Shown piece by piece: positions 39,501 through 49,987 of a DNA stretch of 64,000 nt. The notes under the pieces are model-generated. The model saw only the letters and a program-made list of their open reading frames with translations. It did not search any database and was not told the origin of the DNA. Positions within the stretch are counted from its first letter, which is position 1. Each line of letters opens with the position of its first letter. The stretch lies in assembly GCA_030141605.1 (NCBI GenBank), contig JAQGDQ010000795.1, positions 1 through 64,000 on the forward strand, given 5' to 3'. A program made the position numbers and the translations under genes. The stretch is from Tubiluchus corallicola (taxonomy: Eukaryota; Animalia; Priapulida).

Positions 39501-40926
39501 GCGTACTGCTTTATGTCATAGTGGTAGAACCTAGAAAATACAACGTGTGTTTATTAATGCAGGGATGAGAATGACAAATTGCAAAAAACTCTGAAACAGG
39601 TTGGAGGTTTGGGGGCCGCGTAGGCCCCCATGGCAGTTCAAGGGGGGCGAAGACCCCTTGGAACCAGCAACAAATTACAATTTTGTGACCATAGAGAGCC
39701 TCTAAGTAGACTTAAAATATCAATTACCTTGTTTCATGCATAATTTAAAATACCCAACTATCAAGGATACATGATACCTAATTGTCTCAAAAATGAATAA
39801 GGACTGGCCGCTCCTATGCAAAAGTATATAAAAACTGTCTGCAATTGACTCAAATAACTCCGCATAATTGATTCTATATTTTTATACATAGAGATATACA
39901 CGTGGTTACACTGATGTACGTGATGTAAACAAAGTGACGGCCTGCCAACTAGCGGTCAGTTTGTGAAATAATGTACTGGTCCGTAAAAATTTTCTTAACA
40001 AATTTACGCGATTTTCAAAAATGGCACTACTGGTCTTCCAAAAACTGGGAATTCTGCGTATCCGCGGAAAATTCTCATCCCTGTTAATGTTGTAACTGTT
40101 AGAAATAAATCCACTATCCGATGCATAAGATCAGTTGCTAATAGTAACTTATAATAAAAAACATTTTAATTGGTAATATTTCAAAATAAATCCACACTAC
40201 TTTACAGCAATTTTATGCGTATATCGTGCACAAGTTGAAATGATATTTTGTTTCAATTTTAAATTTCTCGCGATACTGTTCCGACGGCGCCATTACATGA
40301 CGTCACCTATATACAACATAAATCAGGTGAAGAAAAGGAAATATTAAACTATGTCCCAAAAAACTTTCCATGCAAAATTATATTACTTAGCATTTTCCTT
40401 ACCTGCTGGAAAGGCTTATGTAACTAGACTAATAATTTAAAATGTTTGTGCCAATTGGCAAAATGTCGCTGACTTACCCTCCAGGGTGCGTCACTCACTA
40501 GCCAAGAGAAGGTATCGTTAACGTTATTGACAAGATACAGTAATTTAAAATTTTACTTAGTTAGTGACTTATCGTCAAAATGGCTGCACCTGATGGTTAT
40601 CACGGAAGTTTAAATTTACATGTTTTATACAGCGTTACTGCCAACGCAAGCCCTGCATGCAGAAAGGCAGTATGTAAGCGGCATAAATTTCAAGACGAAT
40701 TTTTTAAGCTCTATGTAAGTGGAGGGTTTTCTCATTGTACTAACTGATGCCCATAGCACATGGAGAGAGCATAGTGTTCGTATTCCAAAAGCCTCTGACG
40801 AAGAAGAAACAGTCCGTCTACCGCCCGATTTTCTATCAGTATCTGTTCCGACTCGGCCCTGCTCCTCTTTCCAAAAAAATAAGTCTTCTCTTCCGGCGGG
40901 ATGACTCTTCTTGGCGGAGGCTGCAT
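15556..40926 (-). CDS. SYK: SYK/ZAP70-family tandem-SH2 non-receptor tyrosine kinase, copy 1 (spliced; coding exons 40745-40926, 39290-39530, 37087-37217, 35014-35149, 34358-34427, 29329-29415, 28679-28852, 25752-25836, 24488-24677, 22643-22783, 17473-17585, 15556-15625)
   Basis: All exons have GT-AG boundaries with consistent phases. N-SH2: [28 protein letters not shown]2: [25 protein letters not shown]. Kinase: [55 protein letters not shown]. No ankyrin repeats between the SH2 domains, so SYK-type rather than SHARK-type. Small linker exons may be missed. Confidence 0.92.
16310..16825. repeat. Dispersed repeat family; other copies ~3145-3640 (reverse) and ~32480-32850
   Basis: Shared blocks such as CCACTAGTTCTTCGCTGTTACAT, CAGGTGCTGTACCTCT and ATACGAAAAATCATCC. 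Confidence 0.75.
17473..17585 (-). CDS. SYK: SYK exon, kinase subdomains X-XI
   Basis: [37 protein letters not shown]; TATTTCAG / GTAAGT boundaries. Confidence 0.92.
18412..18774 (+). mobile_element. Solo LTR
   Basis: TGTTGTG...CACAACA termini, near-TSD AAAAT/CAAAT, internal TATA-like ATATAAG and AATAAA. Confidence 0.72.
19284..19625. mobile_element. hAT (Charlie-like) MITE nested in another dispersed repeat
   Basis: TIRs CAGTGGTTCCCAAACT / AGTTTGGGAACCACTG; perfect 8-bp TSD GTCTAAGG. Confidence 0.92.
19868..22580. repeat. ~79-bp tandem satellite, ~34 copies, in a SYK intron
   Basis: Unit GGGTTTGCAATTTCTTGTCGACAGTAACTCATAAAGCAGTTCACACTAGACAGTAAATCAATTCGCAGCAAGTGTGAGA, with 76-79 bp variants. 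Confidence 0.97.
22643..22783 (-). CDS. SYK: SYK exon, P+1 loop/subdomain IX
   Basis: [47 protein letters not shown]; donor GTAAGT. Confidence 0.94.
22965..23750. mobile_element. Possible non-autonomous Helitron-like element
   Basis: One end is ACTAGC..GGCCCCGC..GCG and the other is a TA microsatellite plus TTAATATATACGAT, a layout common in non-autonomous Helitrons. Confidence 0.35.
24488..24677 (-). CDS. SYK: SYK exon, catalytic and activation loops
   Basis: [63 protein letters not shown]. Confidence 0.94.
24840..25037. repeat. Near-perfect hairpin, 95-bp arms with an 8-nt loop
   Basis: 24840-24934 is the reverse complement of 24943-25037 with 2 mismatches. Confidence 0.95.
25038..25201. 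repeat. (TA)/(TATG) microsatellite
   Basis: Direct inspection. Confidence 0.9.
25752..25836 (-). CDS. SYK: SYK exon, kinase hinge
   Basis: [28 protein letters not shown]; TTTTCAG / GTGAGC boundaries. Confidence 0.9.
28679..28852 (-). CDS. SYK: SYK exon, kinase subdomains I-IV
   Basis: [59 protein letters not shown]. Confidence 0.92.
29074..29144 (-). pseudogene. tRNA-derived sequence (tRNA pseudogene or SINE head)
   Basis: The minus strand reads GCTGTGTGGTGTAGTAGTTGG...GAGTTCAAACCCCAC, with A- and B-box-like motifs; the stems are imperfect. Confidence 0.55.
29329..29415 (-). CDS. SYK: SYK exon, interdomain B end with YxxxY motif
   Basis: [28 protein letters not shown]; 87 nt, phase 1-1, joins in frame to the GRGNFG exon. 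Confidence 0.82.
29573..31357. repeat. Compound (CAG/GAG/TAG)n trinucleotide tract of ~1.8 kb; mirrored copy starts ~63623
   Basis: Direct inspection; interrupted by GAG, TAT and GAC variants. Confidence 0.97.
31600..31975. repeat. Three tandem units containing (CA)n; mirrored at ~62990-63380
   Basis: CCCCATCTTATAGTCTAGCAA...TTTTATATGCATACATTTTCACGC repeated three times. Confidence 0.88.
33663..34238 (+). mobile_element. Internally deleted Tigger/pogo element; mirror at 60726-61301
   Basis: TA-CAGTGGAACCTCGA terminus; remnant [30 protein letters not shown] resembles a CENP-B/psq-type HTH start. Confidence 0.78.
34358..34427 (-). CDS. SYK: SYK copy 1 exon, end of C-SH2
   Basis: [23 protein letters not shown], comparable to SYK [29 protein letters not shown] / GTGAGT boundaries. 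Confidence 0.85.
35014..35149 (-). CDS. SYK: SYK copy 1 exon, C-SH2 core
   Basis: [45 protein letters not shown]; acceptor CTTTTCAG, donor GTAACC. Confidence 0.88.
37087..37217 (-). CDS. SYK: SYK copy 1 exon, start of C-terminal SH2
   Basis: [44 protein letters not shown]; donor GTGAGT. Confidence 0.88.
37349..37754. mobile_element. hAT-type MITE rich in TTCGAA; relatives at ~3810-4100 and 42466-42852; mirror at 57210-57615
   Basis: TIRs TAGGGGTGAGCAT / ATGCTCACCCTTA; perfect 8-bp TSD CTGAACGG. Confidence 0.9.
39290..39530 (-). CDS. SYK: SYK copy 1 exon, end of N-SH2 and interdomain A
   Basis: [49 protein letters not shown]...MGLE. Acceptor TTTTCTAG; the donor GTGATG is weak, so the 3' boundary is less sure. 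Confidence 0.85.
39560..40083. mobile_element. hAT-like MITE; relative at ~32937-33450; mirror at 54881-55404
   Basis: TIRs CAGGGATGAGAAT / ATTCTCATCCCTG flanked by TTAATG on both sides. Confidence 0.85.
40745..40926 (-). CDS. SYK: SYK copy 1 first coding exon, N-terminal SH2 start
   Basis: [60 protein letters not shown]. Acceptor TTTTAACAG upstream (exon starts 40943), GCCATG start context, donor GTTAGT. Confidence 0.88.
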
Positions 40927-41108
40927 GGCGGAAGTTGCTCTTCCTGTTAAAACGAGAAATAATTAGGAAACCTCCCACGTTTTTCCTGTAGTCGAACGTG
41001 TCAAGTTTTGTTGACTTCAATCATTTTAATTATAATTATAACATTATTATATTATTAAAGCCAATTATAACTATAACATTATTATATTATTAAAGCCAAT
41101 TATAACTA

Positions 41109-41724
41109 CCGTATATACTCGCATATAAGCCTACATCGCATATAAGCCGTCCCCCTAAAACTGCTTTAAAATGGCCAGTTTTTGCAAAAACCCGTATATA
41201 AGCCGACCATCAACTTGTCTAATTTTACTCCATACCCAATCAACAAAATTGATCCCTTTTTGTCACATTTTGTTAATTGGGTATTTTTGGTTCATAGAAA
41301 TTTTTTACTATAAAGATGTAAAATGATTACTTTTATGTTACACACTAGAAGAAATAGAAGAAATTATACATTTTGATATGAATAAAGAAGAAAATATTTT
41401 GTTTTCTATTTATTCACAAAAAATTATAACATTTCTGTTTATAATTTAACGTTCTTAAAAATAATTAGAAACCTTCAAAATCATTGTCACTACCACCCTC
41501 ATCGTCTCTGTCTCAAACTTATAGAGTGTCTGATCCCCTCCAATACACCACTTGTGACACACAACCAAATAAAGTGTCAGATAGCGATGAAAATGTGTGG
41601 CTGGAAAATTGGCATTAGTGTCTGTCCTTGTGTTCGTTTTGTTTCATGCGCATATAAGCCGACCCCCTGATTTCAGTATTGTATTTTATAGTTCTAAATT
41701 CGGCTTATATGCGAGTATATACGG
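41109..41724. mobile_element. Tc1/mariner-superfamily (Tc2-like) MITE; mirror at 53240-53855
   Basis: TIRs CCGTATATACTCGCATATAAGCC / GGCTTATATGCGAGTATATACGG with TA TSD. Confidence 0.88.
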
Positions 41725-41948
41725 TATAACATTATTATATTATTAAAGCTTTAATTCTTTAATTGAGGCATTTTATTAGTTTAATGATTGCAGTTGTTAT
41801 ATGTTTGTGTAGATGTTTTTTGTAATTAGGCATATTTTAGTGTAATTTATGACCCAGCTGTCGTAGTATATGTATATATTTATTATTTATTTCTTGTGCC
41901 TAATAAATAATAAATAAATGGTATAATCTAATGTTGCTAAAAATTAAT

Positions 41949-42427
41949 ATAGTAAACCTCGGATATAAGAGACATCCGGGACCGCAAAAAACCGTCCCTT
42001 ACAGTCGAAGTTGAGTCAGATCGAGGGTGTATCTAGACGTGTACTTTTCTGTACCTCTTCCCATATTTTTATGGATTATTGTTACAGATTCAGTGCAAAC
42101 GGTAGGTAGGAAGCTCCTTCAGTGATGCGAGATGTAGGTGACCGCGGAAACCGAGCTGTTTGAAGACGGAGTTTGCGAAAAATTGAGGTTAAAAATCGAT
42201 TAAAATCGATCATAGGGTCTCTTATATGCGAGATAATTTACCTGGGTTTCTATTACGTGGGACCTGAAGATATTGTCCCTTATAACTGAAAGTCCCTTAT
42301 ATCCGAGTACCTTATATACGTAGATTTTTACATATGAAAAATGTTACGAAAAATCGGGACCGGTGTTGGTGGTCCCTTATGAGCGAGTGTCCCGCATGAT
42401 CGAGTACCTTATACCCACGGTTGACTG
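41949..42427. mobile_element. Degenerate Tc1/mariner-type MITE; mirror at ~52537-53015
   Basis: Termini TAGTAAACCTCGGATATAAG / CTTATACCCACGGTTGACTG-TA, with repeated GTCCCTTATA subterminal motifs. Confidence 0.6.
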
Positions 42428-44976
42428 TAGTCATTTTTTTACTCATTTGTACACATATGCATACAAGGGTGTGAGCATCGAACGAGTTTTTTAATTCAAA
42501 TTTGATTCGAAGCTAAAATCATAGATTCGAATAATTCAGCACTTCGGCCACATACGTTCGTTAGCGTTAAAATGTTTGAAACATCGTGCAATTAGCACAA
42601 TTTCGCTGCAGTTTCTGTGCAAATTTTTAATAAACCAATAATAGCTTTGCTGCAGAACAAAATCAAGTAATATGCACGATCTTTGTAAGATCACTTGTTA
42701 CAAGAGATTCGAAAACTTGTTCGAAAATCTTTCAAACTCAATTCGAATGCGGTTGAAATTTGAAATACCGAAATTCGGTTCAATTCGAATTCAAAGGTCA
42801 CAAATTCGACTCGATTCGAATTCGCATTCCGGTAGAGAATGGCCACCCTTAATACTGACAGGCATAAGTAAGAGAAATTAATTTGGAAACAGTGCTACAG
42901 AACCACAGTACTTGCACGCAGTGAAATGTTTCAGGCTGTTTTGCAAATCTAAATGTCCAGACTGTAAAGAATGGTATAGCACAAAACAATGGCCATTGGT
43001 CACTCTGACCACTGGAACATGTAACAGGTTACGCTACTTCCAGTCATCACTTTTGACTATTATTTATATATGTACTTTGTTTATCGTTATTTTTTATCCG
43101 GTGCTTATTGATTTTCACGAACTCAAAACTTTATACCACCTAGTCTGGAATACAAAAAGGATGTCGTTAAGCGAGCTGATTAACAAAATGCATTAATGTC
43201 ATTTATGTCATTAATGTACACGAATACAGACATTTTGTTTTGCTAAAACAGTCGGCGTTAATTAAACGAGATTGGCATTATGAGGGAGAGCGTTTTGACA
43301 AGGTGAGACTGTAGTGTTTCTTCCAAGGTTAATTACAATGGCAACAAGGATGCTCTTCTGACATGACCTGATGACTTCATATGGGTCATTCTCCACAGAA
43401 CGTACAATTTTTGTCCCAGGATAATTTTTTTAAATAACACGTTTCTGGTGCAGTACTGTCTCATGACTGGTAGACACCAAAGAAAGAGACTTATTCCAGT
43501 TGTATTTGTTGCCAGAAAAGTGATTTAGACACTTCTACTGAAGCTGAAATCAGTTCCTGTGAAAGTTTTTCCTATGTGCCCATTTTCAACTTTTCCATTA
43601 CATTAGATTTGGCAGAAACTATCCGTTTAAAAATTAATTTGCAGTATTTTATTCTAAACAGCACACTAGAAGTGAAAATCTTCTTCCCAAATACTTTCAG
43701 AACTAGCAAATATTCGTGTTGCTTAATTTCATGTGTCCCCGTGTTCATGTGTCATTCCTGTTACTTTGGTGGAAAAGCTGAGGCATGTGTCACTGATTGA
43801 CTCAATTGTTTTAAATATTTGTTAGCAGAGAGTATATATAATAGTATATATGCTATTACACATTTACAGGGTTGCCTGATGTCCCTTATATATGGGACAT
43901 GTCCCATATGTGATAATTTTGTCCCCTGTTCCACACTGATATTTCAGGGATACCCATATGTCCCACATTTAGTTCATTTTCGAATTTTCTAATGAAAACA
44001 TATTTTTACTACCTTTTTACGGTTCTTAGTTGTAACTTGGACAGAACAAAATCATTTTAATTTAAATTTATATTGCGTTGTCATCATACTTTTTTTAAAT
44101 TTTGCATAGGCGCTGCCACCTTCAGGTGTTCTTGTTAAAATTTTTAAAGCTTTCTCTTTACTGTTTAAATTTTCATTGGCTTCTACAGTCTTAAGGAATG
44201 CATAATCTCTAAACCTGTTTTCACATCTAACTGATTCCACCTGTAGTTTTGGTCACTTGTTTTTCTGCTTTTCATCATGACACTACTTCGCTGATTATGT
44301 AGGCATTTCAGAATAAAATCTTAAAACTAAATTTCATTTTTTTTTTAGTTTCTTCAAACCATAACTTTATAAGTAATTACACGTTTTTCTCAGATTCTCT
44401 TGTTGAAAATAACACAATGCAAAGAGGAAACTAGAATTACTAGATGTTTACACAAAACTGACATGTTTGCTGCCAGTTTGCAACTTGGTCAGTTGCTATG
44501 GTTACCGTTTCGCTCTCCAGGCCAAATAAATTTTTAGTTTTATTTTCCGTATTGTTTGTATTAAATTATAACTTTCAAAATTGTCCCTTACATTTTTATA
44601 ATATTATAGTCTCTATTAAATAAGAATTTTGCAATGATTTCACAAACTCAGAATTTCTTATATAATATGTATGAATAGTAGCGTGTGTCGTATTTCTAAT
44701 TTTCTGACAACCCTATTATATCCAGTACGGTTTTTAAAGGTTTGATCAACTGATCAGTAATCTTATCGACTCTTTTTGGCTTTAATAGATAGATGCCCCA
44801 CTTGCTTCAACTAAGCAACTTGCAATGCCCATAATATTCCTCAGAGAAGCTCAAACTTTCATAAGTTACACCACAAAAATCCATTACATTTGTAAACTTT
44901 AAAATTCGCACAAATATGTACCATCGTACCACATGTAGCTTATTAAAAGTTGGCATAATAATTACACCCTTCTTAC

Positions 44977-45260
44977 CTGTAACGTTTCGAGCACCTAGTC
45001 GTTAGAACAACTGAATATACATCACTATAAAAACGTAATTATTATCCAGACGGACAAAAATCAGTCGCGTTCATTATCCAAGTGTTGTGAATGACTCGTC
45101 AGAGAAGATTAAATCTGCACAAGTTTACAGAGTAGTACGTTGTTAAACGCTTGTTTACGAGGTGGCAAGAACACGTCATGCAGTGGCTAAACGGAAGTGC
45201 AGGACGCTTCGACAATTCAGTTGTACAAGACGCGTCCTAGTATAGAATTAGGGTCAAAAT
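44977..45260 (-). promoter_or_regulatory. Putative promoter and non-coding first exon of SYK copy 1
   Basis: Strong donor ACAG|GTAAGA at 44977/44976, local CpG enrichment, ETS core ACGGAAGTG (~45191-45199) and TGACTCGTCA. The first coding exon has an acceptor upstream of its ATG, which requires an earlier exon. Confidence 0.5.
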
Positions 45261-45538
45261 AGTCTCGACGTTCAATTCTTATCTCGAATGTAAACCAATA
45301 CATATTCACCGGGAAATTACGCTCGCTACTATCATATGTAAATAAGCGGTTCTACCCAAGTCACGTAGCAGAAGAGTATTGCACTGTATCTTGTTTTAAT
45401 GCTACCCAAGAGGCATTCGTGATCTGTACACGCGCTTGTAACCTTTCACAAATCACCTCTAGGTTGTAGACCTGTAGGTAGATTTTGCTGTATGTATACT
45501 AATTTTATAGTATGAACTCACCGATTTGTAGGTTGACT

Positions 45539-47523
45539 CTGCTGTTCAGGTACACGTGGGACAAGCCATTTAACCTCTCTACCCAGTTCTGCTGTTCAGG
45601 TACACGTGGGTCAAGCCATTTAACCTCTCTACCCCAGTTCTGCTGTTCAGGTACACATGGGCCAAGTCATTTAACCTCTCTATCCCAGTTCTGCTGTTCA
45701 GGTACACGTGGGGCAAGTCATTTAAGCTCTCTACCCCAGTTCTGCTGTTTAGGTACATGTGGGTCAAGTCATTTAACCTCTCTACCCCAGTTCTGCTGTT
45801 CAGGTACACGTGGGACAAGCCATTTAACCTCTCTACCCCAGTTCTGCTGTTCAGGTACATGTGGGTCGTCATTTAACCTCTCTACCCCAGTTCTGCTGTT
45901 CAGGTACACGTGGGTCAAGCCATTTAACCTCTCTACCCCAGTTCTGCTGTTCAGGTACACGTGGGACAAGTCATTTAACCTCTCTATCCCAGTTCTGCTG
46001 TTCAGGTACACGTGGGCCAAGTCATTTAACCTCTCTACCCCAGTTCTGCTGTTCAGGTACACGTGGGCCAAGTCATTTAACCTCTCTATCCCAGTTCTGC
46101 TGTTCAGGTACACGTGGGCCAAGCCATTTAACCTCTCTACCCAGTTCTGCTGTTCAGGTACACGTGGGTCAAGTCATTTAACCTCTGTACCCCAGTTCTG
46201 CTGTTCAGGTACACGTGGGTCAAGCCATTTAACCTCTATCCCAGTTCTGCTGTTCATGTACACATGGGACAAGTCATTTAAGCTCTCTACGCCAGTTCTG
46301 CTGTTCAGGTACACGTGGGTCAAGCCATTTAACCTCTCTACCCCAGTTCTGCTGTTCAGGTACACGTGGGACAAGCCATTTAACCTCTCTACCCCAGTTC
46401 TGCTGTTCATACATGAGTCATTTAACCTCTCTACCCCAGTTCTGCTGTTCAGGTACACGTGGGAGAAGCCATTTAACCTCTCTACCCCAGTTCTGCTGTT
46501 CAGGTACACGTGGGCAAGCCATTTAACCTCTCTACCCAGTTCTGCTGTTCAGGTACATGGGGCGTCATTTCCTCTCACCCCAGTTCTGCTGTTCAGGTAC
46601 ATGGGCAAGCCATTTATCTCTACCCCAGTTCTGCTGTTCAGGTACATTGGGCTTTAACCTCTCTACCCCAGTTCTGCTGTTCAGGTACACGTGGGACAAG
46701 TCATTTAACCTCTCTACCCCAGTTCTGCTGTTCAGGTACATGTGGGTCGTCATTTAACCTCTCTACCCCAGTTCTGCTGTTCAGGTACACATGGGACAAG
46801 TCGTTTAACCTCTCTACCCCAGTTCTGCTGTTCAGGTACACGTGGGAGAAGCCATTTAACCCCTCTATCCCAGTTCTGCTGTTCAGGTACACGTGGGACA
46901 AGTCATTTAACCTCTCTACCCCAGTTCTGCTGTTCAGGTACACGTGGGTCAAGTCATTTAACCTCTCTACCCCAGTTCTGCTGTTCAGGTACACGTGGGA
47001 CAAGCCATTTAACCTCTCTACCCCAGTTCTGCTGTTCAGGTACACGTGGGCCAAGTCATTTAACCTCTCTACCCCAGTTCTGCTGTTCAGGTACACGTGG
47101 GACAAGCCATTTAAGCTCTCTACCCCAGTTCTGCTGTTCAGGTACACGTGGGTCAAGTCATTTAACCTCTCTACCCAGTTCTGCTGTTCAGGTACACGTG
47201 GGACAAGTCATTTAACCTCTCTACCCCAGTTCTGCTGTTCAGGTACACGTGGGTCAAGTCATTTAACCTCTCTACCCCAGTTCTGCTGTTCAGGTACACG
47301 TGGGACAAGCCATTTAACCTCTCTACCCCAGTTCTGCTGTTCAGGTACATGTGGGTCAAGTCATTTAACCTCTCTACCCCAGTTCTGCTGTTCAGGTACA
47401 TGTGGGCCAAGTCATTTAACCTCTCTACCCCAGTTCTGCTGTTCAGGTACACGTGGGACAAGTCATTTAACCTCTGTACCCCAGTTCTGCTGTTCAAGTA
47501 CACGTGGGCCAAGTCATTTAACC
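45539..47523. repeat. 51-bp tandem satellite, ~39 copies, in the palindrome spacer
   Basis: Unit CTGCTGTTCAGGTACACGTGGGACAAGCCATTTAACCTCTCTACCCCAGTT; 17-aa periodicity in the ORF track. Confidence 0.97.
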
Positions 47524-48180
47524 TGTTTTCGTTTTCAACAGACGTAGGCAGAGAATGGTGTGTGGCTTCTGGTGTGCTTGTAGACACTGGAATGATGACA
47601 CCAATTGACAACAGTGAATATAATATAGGAAACTGTTGTTTGTTAAATACTTTCAGAAGCTCTCATCAAAGAAGCATATACATGGTATTTTAAAAGTTTA
47701 ACCCCAAAAAAGCATTTGAAAGAGAAAATATAACAAATAGAAATGCCAGAACATTAAATCAAATGTCGTTTATTCGTTAATTCATCAATTGTTCAATACG
47801 ATCCATCAGACAGCTAGGAATGATACAAAACGTGCATAATTTTTTTAAAATTTCAATGAATGGGGAACCCAGGCTGCCACCCCTGGACTCTGCTTGTTCC
47901 CAAATCGTAACTGAGCTTTTCTAACAGGAATTGTTGAATATTGATGAAATATATTTGTTTATACGGTATTTGTTTATGTTTAACTCTTGTATTTATTTTA
48001 TATCTTTAACATCACAAAAGTAGCAAATAATGCAGTACAACTTTTAATATATGAACTTTAATTACTGTTTATATAATGGAGTAAACCTATTAAGTATTTG
48101 CTTAAAATTGGTTTTATAGCAGTGAATAAAACTAATTTTCACAACAAAAACTCATCATAACGATGAAGTAAGCCTGCAAC

Positions 48181-48226
<46 letters not shown>

Positions 48227-48859
48227 CAGTACAACTTTTAATATATGAACTTTAATTACTGTTATACTAATGGAGTAAACCTATTAAGTATTTTCTTAAA
48301 ATTGGTTTTATTTGGCACTGAAAATACCACGTGTTTATAGATCAAGCAGCACACATTGGGTTAACAATAATATTACTATTATAATTATAATTACTATTTT
48401 TATTACTTTTATTGTTGTTATTATTATTATTAGTATTATTATTACTATTATTATTATTATCATCATCATTGTTATTATTATTATTATTTTGATGTTGAGA
48501 TTAATAGAAGCAAGTGACTTTACAGAATAATTGTAAATTTAATAATTAAAGTCAGTGTGATAATAAATAAATATATTTTTGGTTTGTTTCATTTTTGACT
48601 TTTAAGTCTATTATTCTTTCGGCACTGAAAATACCACGTGTTTATAGATCAAACAGCACACTTTGGGTTAATATTTTGCAGTGCAAGCGAAATTAAAACG
48701 TTTTTATAGTTGAAACAACACAACTTTATTAAAGCTTTTAACTATGTAAAGTAAAAATTTTAATAAAGTTTGGTTGTTTTAACTATAAATGTTTTAAGTG
48801 CCTGAAATAAAACAACTTTATTTGGATTATTACGTGATTTTGTGATTGCTACTTTTGAC

Positions 48860-49290
48860 AAAACGAAGCGGAAACTTCTACAAGCAAATCATAAAGCTGA
48901 AATCGATGTATTTCAAAGGCGAAATTACAGAAACATTTTGGGTATTAGATGGCCAAAGAAAATTTCAAACAAAGATCTATATGAAAAAATAAAAGAAGAA
49001 CCCTGGAGGCCGTTTAAGATGGATTGGGCATATTGTTAGAGTACCTGATGATATTCCAGTGAAGACAGCTCTTGAACAAGCCATGGAACCGGCTAAAAAA
49101 CCTGCAGGAGGACAAATGTTAACATATTTAAATTTTGCACAGAAAGATTTAAACACTTCAGCATTGATCCTTAGAAACAAATGCACCTGGGACATTGCGA
49201 CGAGCAGGGAGTCCTGGCATGGGGAGGTGAGCAGAATCATGTCACTGGGACGTATGATTCAGTGGAAGATGATGTACAAGCGCTAGTCTC
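48860..49290 (+). mobile_element. RTE-like LINE 3' remnant in the palindrome spacer
   Basis: IDVFQRRNYRNILGIRWPKKISNKDLYEK, then in another frame RWIGHIVRVPDDIPVKTAL: an RTE-type ORF2 C-terminus. Confidence 0.72.
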
Positions 49291-49703
49291 TTTTACTACT
49301 CGATAACAAACATTTTTAGCTACGCTTCGTCAAACTTGGAAAATGTTAAAAAACTTTTTGGGTTGAGACGCCTGGTGACTACAGTTCGGTGAGTTCATAC
49401 TGTAAAATTTGTGTACAAACAGCAAAGTCAACCTACAAATCGGTGAGTTCATACTATAAAATTAGTATACATACAGCAAAATCTACCTACAGGTCTACAA
49501 CCTAGAGGTGATTTGTGAAAGGTTACAAGCGCGTGTACAGATCACGAATGCCTCTTGGGTAGCATTAAAACAAGATACAGTGCAATACTCTTCTGCTACG
49601 TGACTTGGGTAGAACCGCTTATTTACATATGATAGTAGCGAGCGTAATTTCCCGGTGAATATGTATTGGTTTACATTCGAGATAAGAATTGAACGTCGAG
49701 ACT

Positions 49704-49987
49704 ATTTTGACCCTAATTCTATACTAGGACGCGTCTTGTACAACTGAATTGTCGAAGCGTCCTGCACTTCCGTTTAGCCACTGCATGACGTGTTCTTGCC
49801 ACCTCGTAAACAAGCGTTTAACAACGTACTACTCTGTAAACTTGTGCAGATTTAATCTTCTCTGACGAGTCATTCACAACACTTGGATAATGAACGCGAC
49901 TGATTTTTGTCCGTCTGGATAATAATTACGTTTTTATAGTGATGTATATTCAGTTGTTCTAACGACTAGGTGCTCGAAACGTTACAG
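49704..49987 (+). promoter_or_regulatory. Putative promoter and non-coding first exon of SYK copy 2
   Basis: Mirror of 44977-45260; donor GT at 49988. Confidence 0.5.

Larger units (their letters stand above)
31000..45546. repeat. Left arm of giant inverted repeat
   Basis: ORF pairs have coordinates summing to 94964 (e.g. 44052/50912, 40625/54339, 32137/62827). The outer limit is set by the window end. Confidence 0.97.

Noticed and set aside
15556-40926. SHARK/HTK16 identity for the kinase
   Set aside because: The two SH2 domains join in frame through ~50 aa, and no ankyrin-repeat exons were found.
45512-47693. Long ORFs (381 aa, 345 aa and others) in the palindrome spacer
   Set aside because: They are translations of a 51-bp satellite, open in several frames on both strands with frequent frameshifts.
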